A DNA stretch of 63,199 bases, the filler included, from Atractiella rhizophila (lineage: Eukaryota), in assembly GCA_021432655.1 (NCBI GenBank). It is 6 parts of 6 records of this genome, joined end to end, with 100 filler letters (N's around TTAATTAATTAA, not from the genome) between each part and the next. Parts side by side here need not be neighbours in the genome. Positions count along the whole stretch, not along the records: positions 1 to 16,309 come from MU271907.1; positions 16,410 to 32,708 come from MU271908.1; 4 more parts are not named here. The stretch is one strand, 5' to 3'. Position 1 is the first letter of the stretch; each line of letters starts with the position of its first letter. A program made the translations under genes and the position numbers. Below the pieces are notes generated by a model. That model did no database searches and was not told the origin of the DNA. It was given only the letters and a program-made list of their open reading frames with translations. Positions 13,022-24,815 of the stretch are shown here, piece after piece.

Positions 13022-14440
13022 CTAAGTTTTCTGCTTTTTGGCCATGGAGAAAAAACTGTCTAACGGTCCAGAGAACGTCGGCCTCTTTCCAGTCGATGAT
13101 GTACCAGAGCTCGCCTCCCGAGAATGGGGTTGACCAGAAGCGGAACCGTCCGGAATTCTTTGAGACGACAATGCAAGCTTCTTTAAGACTACCACTGAAT
13201 CATCAGAAGGAGACCCGGAAGAGGAATTCCCAGCCGCTTTGATGGCCTTTGATAGTTGTGCATGTGAGGCACTGGTGGTGGAAACAAGTGGGAGGTCTGA
13301 GAGTGAGGCGGCCGCAACCTTGTGTTTGGGTGACGAGGTAGAATTGCCGGCGTAGTACTTCGAAGCCTTGGCGGATGATGAGGTGATTGTTGAGTTATGA
13401 CCAGCCAAAGAGGTCTTGTGAGCCAACAAACGTCGTTGCTGCGCGGAGGCAAGGGGAGCTGATTTGGCAGCGGGTCGCAGCTGCTTTGAAGTCCTAGGCC
13501 CCTTCCTCGGTGGCGAAGAAGGAGGTCTGCCGACTGATGAGCCCATATCAAGTCCTTGAGGGGTAAGTGCGATCAATCTCTTCATCGCTTTCTTCATGTA
13601 CTTGAGCTGTTCGGCTTCATCGATGGTGGTGGCCGCCTGTTCTAGGTAGTTATTTACCTTCGCATCCGAGATGTTTTGCGTTCGTGCGAGTGTCGCAATC
13701 ATCTCTGCAGCCATATTGAGCGATTGAGCGATGAGGAAGAACTCAGGAGTAGAAGCTCACCGCACTGTTTCTGCATTTGTTCGATGGAAACAACACGACG
13801 ATGGCCGTGCGGCTCGTCCGTGGGTGTTGCAGCACCACTTCCTTCGAGGAGGACGCGCTCTTCCATCCCTCTCCGTCTGAGCTCTTTGAAAGCTTTTCTC
13901 TGCTTCTTATATTTATCCTTCTGACTCTTTTGCTCTAGCGACTTCATCAGTTCAACATCTCCGTCATCCATCGTTCCAGCTTCTCCACTCCCCGCGTTCT
14001 CTGAGCTGGAGCTGCTGCTGCTATCCCTCATAAGGAATTCTTCATCATCCCTCTTCTCCTTCTCTTTGTTCTTCCGCTTTTTCTTCCGGTCTGGTGATTC
14101 CGGGTCGGAATTGTCTTCAAAGCGCGGGTTAGGACCAAACTAGGGTATCTTTAGCCCCTCAACCAATGGTCGGTAATGAGATACGCACCCGCTGCGTGCG
14201 CTTCCTCTTCCCCTTCCCACCAGCAAGCACTGCTTCTGTTTCAGCCTTTCGCTGTGCCTCCTCTTGCTCTTTCAGAATGTTGTTCCAGAATCCTCTAGTG
14301 GCTTCGATGTCGTCTTGAGCCGAGGTAGACTCTTCCATATCATTTAAAGAGTCTTTTTTGAGCTCCCAAACTCGCGCAAATGCAAAGGACGAGTTTGCAA
14401 CACTCTTCCGAGGAGACTTAGCTTCAGCATCGGATCGATC
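13022..14440 (-). pseudogene. 3' part of a Mit1/Mi-2 (CHD)-like chromatin remodeller gene, cut off at its 5' side by Gypsy RT
   Basis: A minus frame not in the ORF list reads DRSDAE..SSFAFARVW..GFWNNILKEQ..GGKGKRKR, like the post-helicase segment of fungal Mit1/CHD3-type proteins. Two introns then lead into ORFs 13699-14031 and 13022-13714. Confidence 0.65.
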
Positions 14441-16309
14441 GTCGAAGTCGAAACTGTCCCAAGGGTGTTTGAAAAGCCGTCATGTCCCTCGTCATTTCAT
14501 CGAGCTCCCGCTGGTCATATCCTCCCAAAATATCCAAAGCTCCAATACACGCATATCCCACACAATCGTCTGTATGTTCTGCAATGTTAGGAGGCAGCCC
14601 ACCATCTTTAATCGTCACCCCATTGAGTTTTTGTAGATTATGCACTATTCGGATCTTCCCATTCTTCTTCTCGACCGCGAACCAGGATGACAAATAAGGT
14701 GATGCAGCAGGTTCGTAAAGTCCCGTTCGAATTCGTTCCCTGATTAACTCGATGACCGCTGGTTTAAGCGCAATTGGAATAGGAATTGGTTTCTCTTGCC
14801 ATGGTTCATGTGGCACGGTTGGAATAATGTGCGGATTTGCATACGTCCTCTTTAGAAGGCCTCTTTCCCTGACATCAAAGGCAATCGCTTGCTCCCTCAG
14901 TCTCATCACGTGCAACAATAATTTCCGCTCCTCCTCACTTAGCCATCCTTCCGGTCCAAAATTCACTATCTTCAGTCTGTCTTCTGTCAACCGCCCTCCA
15001 GGGATAAAAGGTGGTGGTCTTGGAGTCAAAGGCGTCTCGTAAGGATCCCTCGAATAAGGTGGCTGGCACATTGGTACGTTAACTCCTTGAGGCATTGGCA
15101 CGTTTACTGGTTTTATTTTCTTGTCCACCGTCTTGTATTTGGTGTTAATTTGTATATCTTCTCTATCCTTGAATGCTTCCATTTCGATCCTTAAAAAGTT
15201 TACTGCTAACTGTTTCTGTTTTGGAATAGAGATTCCTGCCGCAACCATTAAATGTGCTCTGTCTTCTTCTCCTATCACGTCGATCCTCCAGCTTCCTTCA
15301 CCAGGTTCCTCATCTTTGATTTCGCAATTCCACATTTCCACCACTCCTCCACTCATTTCCTTCTTATCACGTTTAGACAACTCCTCATTCTTCTCCTCTC
15401 GAACTTGCCTTCTTCGAGAAGAGCCTCCTAGTTTTCCGCCTCTTCCTCCTTTACTTCAATGGATACAGTCGTCATTTTTCCTAGCGCCACATCATCTAGG
15501 TTTCGATATTGCCATTTCAAGTTTTCTGCCGGAATTTTGTAACGGAGTCGATGGTAGCTCTGGCGGACCGAAATAATAACAGAATCGTCTGGCGTATCGT
15601 AATTCAGAAATGCTTTCGAGTCGTGAAGGAATGCTTGTCCAAGGATAATGCCGTGGGTTATAGATGGTGTAACAAAGAAATGCTGAGGGATGGTCATAGA
15701 TCCTAGATTGATGTCGACATTTTCTGCGATTCCAGCAATAGCGCTCGTGAGGCCATTGACTCCCGTGATAGAATAAGAACTTGTAAGCCGTAAGCTCGCT
15801 TGGATTGCTTCCTGGGTTGCTTTTGACATTCCATTCATTTGAGCGCCACAATCAATCATTGCAGGATACCGTCGCCCAGCCACGGTTAAGGTCAAATACA
15901 TGAGTTGTCCGCTGAAGGTTGGCGGCCTAGGTTTCGCAAAGCGTCGTTCCCTGGAAAGTCCAGTTACTTCTTCTTCTTCCAGCGCTTGTTCTGCCGCTAT
16001 CCTTGCGTGATGTTGCGGATGCATACAATCTACCATCTTCCTTCCAACACCCTTTCGAAGTGCCTCCAATAATGATGGTGCGTATTTTTCCACTATTACT
16101 TCTGCCACTCGTAACTCCTCTTTCATTTTTAGGAGCTCTCTCTGATCCTCCTCGCTAGGCGTATTCTTCTCCTCCATCGTGGTTACTTTCATTTTTACTT
16201 CTTCGACTGGCTCAGGTTCCTGCATAGCAACTTGGGTTTCCTCCTTTTGGTCTGAGATGATAACAGCTGTTTCGAATCGAGTTCCTAAAGCTGGTGGACT
16301 CCAGGATAA
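14440..16309 (-). mobile_element. Ty3/Gypsy gag-end, aspartic protease and N-half of reverse transcriptase
   Basis: Protease AMIDCGAQMN..IILGQAFL in ORF 15428-16225. RT YKTVDKKIKPV..SPYLSSWFAVEKKNGKIRIVHNLQKLN..LDILGGYDQREL..TAFQTPLG in ORF 14424-15380, which is in the -1 frame. Confidence 0.93.
15393..15437 (-). promoter_or_regulatory. Putative -1 programmed ribosomal frameshift signal (slippery heptamer plus stem-loop)
   Basis: G GAA AAC directly before the TAG of the protease ORF, then a 7-nt spacer and an 11-bp hairpin CTCTTCTCGAA / TTCGAGAGGAG. The -1 frame is open into RT. Confidence 0.75.
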
Positions 16310-16409
16310 NNNNNNNNNNNNNNNNNNNNNNNNNNNNNNNNNNNNNNNNNNNNTTAATTAATTAANNNNNNNNNNNNNNNNNNNNNNNNNNNNNNNNNNN
16401 NNNNNNNNN
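16310..16409. other. Artificial contig linker (N44-TTAATTAATTAA-N44)
   Basis: Six-frame stop linker flanked by N runs; the same linker occurs five times. Confidence 0.98.
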
Positions 16410-17075
16410 GAGCCAAGGGACCTGGTCGTGGTCGAGGTAGACGAGTGGTGGAGGTGGCTGGCGGCGTCGGCGGGGTGGGAGGTTGTTGGAGTGGACCCGC
16501 TTGAGTTGGAGGAGTGAGAGGCGCGTTAGGAGGGGCCCACAATGGAGAGGAGGCATTTGGACAGAATGCCACAGAAGGATAGAAGGTGTGGTATTGAGGA
16601 GGAACGCTGCCGGTGAAGGGCTGCGAGGGATTCACTGGTTGAAGGAAATTTAGACCTGACAAACAAGGAGTCAATCTATGCTCAGCGGGCCAGTTGCGGC
16701 AAAGGGAAAATATGGAGAAGAAATGGGCGGTTGTGTCCATGGGCCAGTTTATTGTGATAACCAAAATAGAAGGGATAGCGTACCTCTCGACATCTGGTAC
16801 ATGGCAAAAGCAGGATTCATACTAGCGCGAGCACGCATGTCGGCACTATCACCAGGCAACTTGCCAACGCTCAATAGAGAGGAGGAGGGAGTTTGGTTTG
16901 GAAGCGGCTCAGAGAGACCTACAGTTGTCACAAGCGTTAATACCTCTTACCAACGCCTGAATAATAACTTAAACTCACCATGAGACATTGCAGCGCTTCC
17001 CAGGCTCGGATTGACAAGAGTAACTGAGGATAGCAAATGTGGACCGAAGGAATGCTGTGCCTCTCGAGTTGCCAT
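16410..17075 (-). CDS. Hypothetical Pro-rich protein, 5' exons only (truncated by contig end)
   Basis: TATATAAA upstream, ATG at 17075 (MATREAQHSF...), GTGAGT and GTACGC donors joining to ORFs 16749-16931 and 16354-16764. Confidence 0.5.
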
Positions 17076-20000
17076 CTTCGGGCTTTGAAGAGAAGTGACG
17101 GTCTCAGAAATGGCGTAAAGGTGGAGCGAGATCGAACGATATTGTATTGAGGGTTTATATACTGAATGTATGGGGAAAGCGGGAGAGCTAAACAGCGGGA
17201 AGCGGGAAGGCCCAAACGTATCTGGTCCCGTCAGGAGGTGTCAGCAACAGAATAATTTTCAAGTTATACTCACTCTTAAGTGCTTCTGAGCTTAGATTTT
17301 AGGTATTCCGAGTAGCCAAGCGTCAAAGACGCGTTGGAGACCTGGAGTGCCACATCATAGTCCAAGGATCACTTCCATGCCCTTCACCTGCACGCTGTCC
17401 CTACAAATGTTATCGTGGCCGTGACTTCGAGGCGACGGTGCAACGGTTCAGTACGCATTCGGTTGGGGGGGACATCTTCACTGATACCAGACCAGAATGG
17501 CACGCAGAAAATGTCTTTCCTTGTCACGTGAAGTTGTGTAGTGATACGTACATTGTACATTGTATTCCTGACGGAGAGTGGAATGCACGTGGGCCAAATG
17601 TCAGGCAACAGGTAACTCAACTGGTGATGACGAGGGAGAGACTGAGAGAAAAGCTAAAGCCAAAAGACGTGACTAGTACGAGAAAGTGAGAAGGTGATTA
17701 GAACTTCGTCTCCAGGAAGTCTTTAGTTGTGGTAGCGGTATTATCGATGGTTGCTGGTCAAACGTTTCCGAATCAGTGTTCATTAGTTCCTGAACACGGC
17801 AAAGGTTCTATTGTATGTGTTAAACACTGTGTCTCCATCAAATTCGGTTGATGGTGTCGAAAACAATCGCACTTTTACCGCATTTAGAGAAGACCCTCAT
17901 TTTCCAGGAAAAAATCCAAGAACTTCAACCGCACTTCGAAAATTTTCGAACGTAAAAGGAATTTCTCTGCTCTTCTGTTTCTTGTCGCATCCGTATTGGC
18001 TGCTGTAACTCCACTCCAGTTGAAGAGGACGAAGTACTCCGCCGAGTTGCTGCCCGTGGATGTGTGTACTCTCTCACCTCTGGCTCTTTCCGGATTGACA
18101 AAAAGGGCAGTGAATGGGGAGGACTTGAGGATCCTCGATGAGATTCAAAATAATTCCGCTGGATTTGTTCCCGAAGGGATCGTTGCTCGGGAGCTTTCCG
18201 GTTACGCTATCCAGTGAGTAAAATTCACCCTGTGTTTCTAACAATGATCAGTTGTGCAGCGTCAATGGAGATGAAAGACTTTACTCAGCAGTACCACTCG
18301 AGACCAGAGCCGACAATTCGCTCAGGCACCTGCTAACACTTTTCACATCCGCAACATGTGGTTGTTAAGAAGGAGCAACTTGCGGAAGTTGTATGTTTCT
18401 ACCCAGTAACGTTAATATCCTTCTGATCCCATATGGTAACCCAAAGGCGTCTCAGCTGAAGAAGCAGCCATCGCTGGTGGGGTTGGTGCATTGACTTAAT
18501 CACAAAGTTCACAATCTGGCTAAAGTTCACATCCTTCCTTCGAACTGTGGCTTACTGGACGTTGTCTCCCAGATTGAGCCTGGCCAAGCTCTCCTCATCG
18601 TTGGTGGGAGCCTCTGGCTTAAGTGACGCTCCAAATTGCTGTAGTGGCAGGAATGACTGTGGACTTCAGAGACAAAAGCCAAAAGGCATGTCAAACGCTC
18701 TGTTGCGGGGATCTCGGTGCGTGCGTTTGTTACAAAGGACTGTCTTACCCGGACAATGCTATTGCGTCCAATGCCTCTTGGGATCTGGTGACTATTAACA
18801 CCTGTGAACGGCAAGGTGAGCAAAATAAAGCGTATGGGTAATCCTAATGGAAGGGTTCCAGGTAAAATGTTGGCGAGGGACGCGATCTCGCAAAGCCCTA
18901 ACGGAAAGAAGATGAAGAGAGGTGCAATATCATCAACGTTTCTTGCGAGCCTCTTCCGTAAAACGACAACACAGTAATAGGTCCAAAGAAATATATAGAA
19001 ATATCACACGCGATACGTCGCCGCAGGATGATGGAGTTGTGACGATAATATGCAAGCTCAATATTTAGAAAGGAGTTCATCTAAATTTCAAGTTGAGTCA
19101 AAACTCGGACAATCTGATCAAATCTTTGCAGCAACCGACCAACTTTTGCAAGGCGGCGTTCGAAACGTTCACGGAACACAGATCATTTGATTGAGACCGG
19201 AGGACAGCCACTAGCTTTGCGAAAGCGATGGTGCAATTCAGAATACCAGACCACCGTGTCTCAGAAGTCCGCAGGCCGATACCGTTGTCATTATTGGATG
19301 GCTTGAGGAACTGAACTGCTTCGTGGAGCTCGTCAACGTTCACAGTCTTTATTCTGTGCCTAACAGCTCCCTGTTTCATAGTTAAGCTTTTTGCGTTGTG
19401 AGTTAAGCGAGCTCACTTGAGCTTGAGCCACCAAGTCAAGAGCTGAAATCCTGGCAGCCTTCCAACCAGATGTGCCGGTGTCAAGATGAGCTGTTCCCTC
19501 CATCAGACAGGTACAGTGGACATTAAGAAACACACAAAATTTCTATGGGTACAGGTTCAAATTTTGAATCGCCATTTCTACGTCAAAACTTGAAACCCCC
19601 ATTAAATTACAGAATGAGCTGTGATCCTCATGTTCATTGCAACGCTTTCACTTTGGGTTTTTCCTGTTCGGAGAATGGCACTTTGACAGGAATTGCTCCG
19701 CTCATTCTGTCAAGAGGAGGAATCCGAACATCTTGCCTGTGGCCTGTGATGCACAAGAACGGTGTTGAGTTTGGGCTCAGCTCGTTCCTCTCTTTGCGCT
19801 TTCCGGGCTGTATGTCCTGAAGAGGCGATTCCCATCAGGCTGCTTCCAGTGGAGCGGAATGCATGCTCCGCTTGGCGTCGGAGAAGGAGTGGTGGAGACG
19901 ATTGCATGTCGACGTACAATCACTCCACCCGCAAAACAGGATGCCGAAATTCTCTCCATCACCGCTGGGAAAGTCTTCATTTGTTCATTGCGCTTGCCTT

Positions 20001-20172
20001 GTCATCCACCCTCCACTCGGGAGTCGTCGTCTTTCTCTAATGTTTCTCGAAGTGCGCGTTTGTGTGCTGATGAACACGGTGGAGACATTGAAGGAGAGAA
20101 GTGCCTTGACAGCTTTATAAAAGCAAGGTCGTGTGGGAACACAATAGCTCAAACAAGGCATTTGACTCCAAT

Positions 20173-21496
20173 ATGGCGCATATCAACAAATTTCTGAGAG
20201 AATTGGGAAGAGGTGGACCAGAAGGTATGTCCTTCCTCTTCATATCTCATACAGGCTGTTACTCACTTTCCACTTCAGTGCCTGCGCTAGGCTATGGTAC
20301 CATGGGACAGACATTTCTGTATGGTAGAAGAGTCTCAGACGGAGAAAATATTGCCATTTTGAAGAGAGTAGGTCCTTCCGTTCAGGTTCAAACAATTTTT
20401 CTCAACCTTTCTACCGCGATTTACAGGCTGTCGACCTTGGATGTAGCTTGATTGATAGTTCAGACGTTTACGGGTTGGGTAAGAGTGAAGAACTCATCGG
20501 AGAAGCTCTGAAAGATCCTACCTTCAAAGGCAAAGCATTCGTTGCGACGAAATTTGGATTGGCTGCAGGTGCCGCTGGCTTCGAGATCAAAGGGACCAAG
20601 GAGTACGTTAGGCGGTCCTGCGAAGCTTCTTTAATGCGACTTGGCGTGGAAACCATTGATCTCTACTATCAGCACCGCGTGCATATCTTACTTTCTTAGC
20701 TATAGTGAAAGCTGATGGAGAAATGGCAGGTGGACAGATCCATTGCCATCGAAGAGACCTGGAACGAGCTAAAAATGCTGAGGCAGGAAGGGAAAGTGAG
20801 ACATCTAGGGATCTGCGAGGCAACCCCGGAGGAAATTCGGAAGGCGCATGCAGTTACGCCCATCTCAGTCTATCAAGTAGAGGTACCTTTTCCATCCTAT
20901 TCGATCTTTCTGCGAGATTCAATGGGATTGGGAGAAAGTTTTCGCCTTGGACAACTGACATCAAGTTCAACGGCATCTATGACACTTGTAAGGAACTGGG
21001 TATAGCAGTGGTCGCCTATTCTCCTCTTGGGAGAGGCTTCCTCACTGGTTCGATCAAGGGTCCGGATGATTTTGAAGCCGATGATTATCGTAGGAGCTTA
21101 CCGCGCTTCCAAGGAGAAGCATTCTACGAGGTAGGTCTATCTTGTTAACCTTGACCGGAGCGGGAGATAGCTCATATGATTTTAGAATCTGAAAATCGTT
21201 GAGTCCCTCAAGAGGCTGGCAGAGTCTAAACGCTGCACTGTTGGGCAGCTGACTCTTCGCTGGGTTCTCGAGCAGGTAGATTTTGCGATACCGGGAACGA
21301 CGAAAGAGAAGAACCTGTTGGAGAACGTAGGTTCCCTGAAGGTGGAGCTGAGCTCTGAGGATTTGAAGGCTGTTGAAGATGCGATCAGGAATGTAGGCGT
21401 TGTAGGACACAGGTGAGAATGACTTCGAGTATTGGGCTGTATACTGATGGCCATTCATGAAGGTACGGTGATGGGACCACTGCTCACGGTTTTTAG
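20173..21496 (+). CDS. Aldo-keto reductase (YakC/pyridoxal-reductase-like)
   Basis: LGYGTMG, IDSSDVYG, FVATKFG, SLMRLGVETIDLYYQHRVD, EGKVRHLG, ELGIAVVAYSPLGRGFLTG, IPGTT..NLLEN. TATAAAA near 20116. Confidence 0.93.
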
Positions 21497-21781
21497 TCCA
21501 AGGTGCAATTTCCTCTCTTCGAAATTTGTCTGAATCTCGAGCTGTCTCAAACTTGAATTCATGCCACAATGTTTTCAATTCTACAAATGTGTCATCATGT
21601 ACAGCCATAGCAACTTGCGATGGATGGGAGTTTCTTTGATTTCGAAGCACTACACAGCTCGATGACAGAGCAAAGGAAAGCACCAGCATACTATATAATC
21701 TCGAAGTAGTCCAAGGTTGAGCTGAAGCTAAAAGTGATCCCGCTCGGGAAAACAAAGCGAGAGGGAGAGTATTCTTCTTTG

Positions 21782-24173
21782 ATGGAAGGTCAATCAAGGG
21801 CCCGGGCATGCAATGGTGAGTGTTCTACTCACATTGACGGTCTCTGACAGTCAAGTAGTCTGCCGTAAGCGGAAGATTGCCTGTGATGGTGATGGGAAAA
21901 ATCCTTGTCAGTATCGCTCAACCTCCTCTGGACAAATCAAACTCACAAGAGCTCACATCCTACGTGCCTTGATAGGTGGACCGTGCTTCCACTTTAACAA
22001 CACGAAGTCTTCCCGCCGTGATGTGGTCAAGTTCAAGTTCGTCGAGGAAAATGGGGAGGTGTTATGCACTTACGCTAAACCGTCTAAAAGACGTCGTTCT
22101 CCTCAGGCTTCACATGGAAGCGATATGATGGGATTGACGGAAATAGACGTGGATCCTGATATTGAGGACAACCGAAAGTTCGAAGAACTAGAGCGCAGGT
22201 TTGGTTTGTCGGCTTTTCCTCTGTTCGAGCGCTGGAGCCGTTCACCTTCTCCCCACAGAAGAATTGCGGTTCCAGTTTCTTCGAGAAACATCTCGCCCAT
22301 TGCTGGGTCTGGATCAGCTTCAAACCAACACCTCAGGTCCGTTTTGGCCCACTTCAAACATTCCACTTGCCCCTTCTAATCAAACGTGGCGACGTCCAGG
22401 ACATCGACAAAGCTTCTGTTTACCTCCCTCCCAACTTCTCTGCCCTCTGATAGAAGAAGCTTTCAGGTCTCTATTTATTCTACCATCTATCCTGTCTCTC
22501 CCACATGTCGCATCAATCGCGGACAGGGATCCAGAATACCTCCCACAGCCGACTGTACTGCTTCTACATGCTCTTTGCCTCATTGGAGCTTTTAACATGG
22601 GTTGGGACAAGCTGAGATTGCTCCTATCGGCCCATCCGTGCTATTCCAACACCACATACTCTCGTCAAGAAGCGATTGCTCACAATTTCAGAGGGACTGA
22701 AGAGGATCACCATTGTCTAGGCGGCAATTGCTGTTCTGCGTCTCTTTATCGAAAATATATATATTTTTCGAACGACAGTGATTCGCCCAGCGAGGAAGAA
22801 GAAGTTCGGCAACGGATCTACATCCACCATTCCATTTTCATCGACCAGCACTTTGGCCGCACTTTAGAAGAAGCCAGCTACGGGTTAGAGAGTGTAGCTA
22901 AAGCAGGGTTGTTAGTCGCCTTGTATTGGAGTCAGTGTCAATACAATTTAGGACGAATATGGAGGTTAAAAGTGTTGCGCGTTTGGTACGCCGTATTTCT
23001 CAACTCGGCAAGGTAACCTGGAATGACCCTGACGTAGTACGATGCTTGGTTGGAATAAAGAGGACGCTTTAAAGAGATATGCTCCTCTGGAAGAACGACA
23101 AAAGTGCAAATCTTATTTTCATAGTGTCAAGCTGATTTATGATGGTAGTAAAATTACCTTTTGGTTCGCTTATGTATGGGATGCCCACATTGCGATCATA
23201 CACAACGAGAGTCCTTTCATCCCTCTGGGTAAGTCTCCGTTCAGATTATGGATCGTTATCATGAGGTATATAGATGATATCACCGCCCAACTTCCCTCGT
23301 CCGAAATCTGGGATGAAGACGAGTCAGTAGGAGCCTACGACCTTGCTCGTTTCGAAGACCGGTTTACGGCTTTGGAGCCCATGCAGATCTTCCTGGAATG
23401 TGCCATTCTTCCCATTAGAGTCTTCGGGTTCTGGTGTCAGCTCAAGGTCTCAAAAATTTGGGAAGCTTCGAAGGACTTGGTAGCCGACGTGGAAAACGAG
23501 TACGTCCTTTTGTAGTGCTTCCCTGTGATATTCATCAGTCGTGATACATCCGTTTGACAGCCCCCAGTTTCTCCGACTTGCAGACGCCTGCGAGCGATAC
23601 CAACGGTCGTTTCCCACCTTCCTTCTGACCGAGCTGTCGTCTAGCTGCCGATCGACAAATTTCTCCCTTGCGGACCTCTCCACCCGAGATTTTCTCTATG
23701 CTGCGCAATGCGCGCTGTCCACAGCTACTATTCTGCTTCACGCTCCCATTCCATCAAGAAGTCATTATCCCGCCGCTCATAACGGGCTCACCTCGTCGTC
23801 CGAAAAGAGTTTACAAGCCGCGCAAACGGCTCTGTCTCTTCTGCCTCTCTTTAAGAAGACCATAGAAGAAAGAAGACACTGGACGAACATCTTCTGTCCC
23901 CTCTTTGGAATGTCGGGCAAAGTGGTTTTCCGCGCATTGATTGTCATGAAACGTGCGCTTGCGTTTGACGAAGGAGAACAGGAGCGGATCAAGTTGAGAG
24001 CTTTAGAGGAGAATTTTCAGCTGCAAGTGCAACAGTTGAAGGAAATAACGAAGAATTGGAGGATCATTGCCCCCACAATCATTCCCATGTTGAGATTGAT
24101 GGAGACGCCGGAGGCTTGTTTAGCCGAAGACTTTGACCTTTCGAGAGCTGGTATGTTCGGACATCATGGTTAA
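21782..24173 (+). CDS. Zn(II)2Cys6 transcription factor with fungal-specific middle homology region
   Basis: Spliced MEGQSRARACNVCRKRKIACDGDGKNPCGPC...CTY; later EER..ITFWFAYVWD, typical of the fungal TF domain. Confidence 0.85.
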
Positions 24174-24815
24174 CCGCATTATGGAACCTGAAGCAACTTT
24201 GATTCACGAAGAGCTAAAGCGAGTGCAATTTATTCAATCGTGCTACTATGCTGAACGTCGACTTGGGCATCTTCTCATCCTGCAAGGTGTTGGAGAATTT
24301 TATCACTCCCATTGTAACGTTTCCCTAATGAAGCTGTCGCAAACTTGAAGCCAGAATTTTGATACGATAATCACTTCTGAGGTGCTAGTTTCTTTACCTC
24401 TTGTGTAGCAGTCCAAGGCGACTTATTCTGCAGCTCAACTCACTACCAGCGGTTATCCTGGAGTAATTGCGTGGTTGCACCATGTCTCTTTTGTCCCATC
24501 AAGCTTGAAATCTGGATTAAGGTCTTTATCATGAAGGGTCGGCTTTAGCGCACCGAGCTCGCTCTCCTGCATTCCTCCCCGCTCCGCCGAAGTTGTTCCC
24601 GACTCCGCTCTGAGTGGAGGAAGAGCGCAACGAGACCAGAATGGAGAATGAGGGAAGCAAGTTGCGTTCAATCACCGCCTACCTTCTCATCACCATCGGC
24701 AGTTCGGCTCCAGCAGCTTACAATGGGAGCAAGCCTCACCGGACCGTGTGAAGGTGGAATATAAAAGGCTTTCGTTCGTCATGACTTTCGTTCGTCAAGT
24801 CAAGACAGCTTCGTC

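Noticed and set aside
16354..16365. TTAATTAATTAA repeated five times, resembling a piggyBac target or regulatory repeat
   Set aside because: Always centred in identical N runs; it is an artificial six-frame-stop linker, so adjacency across it means nothing.
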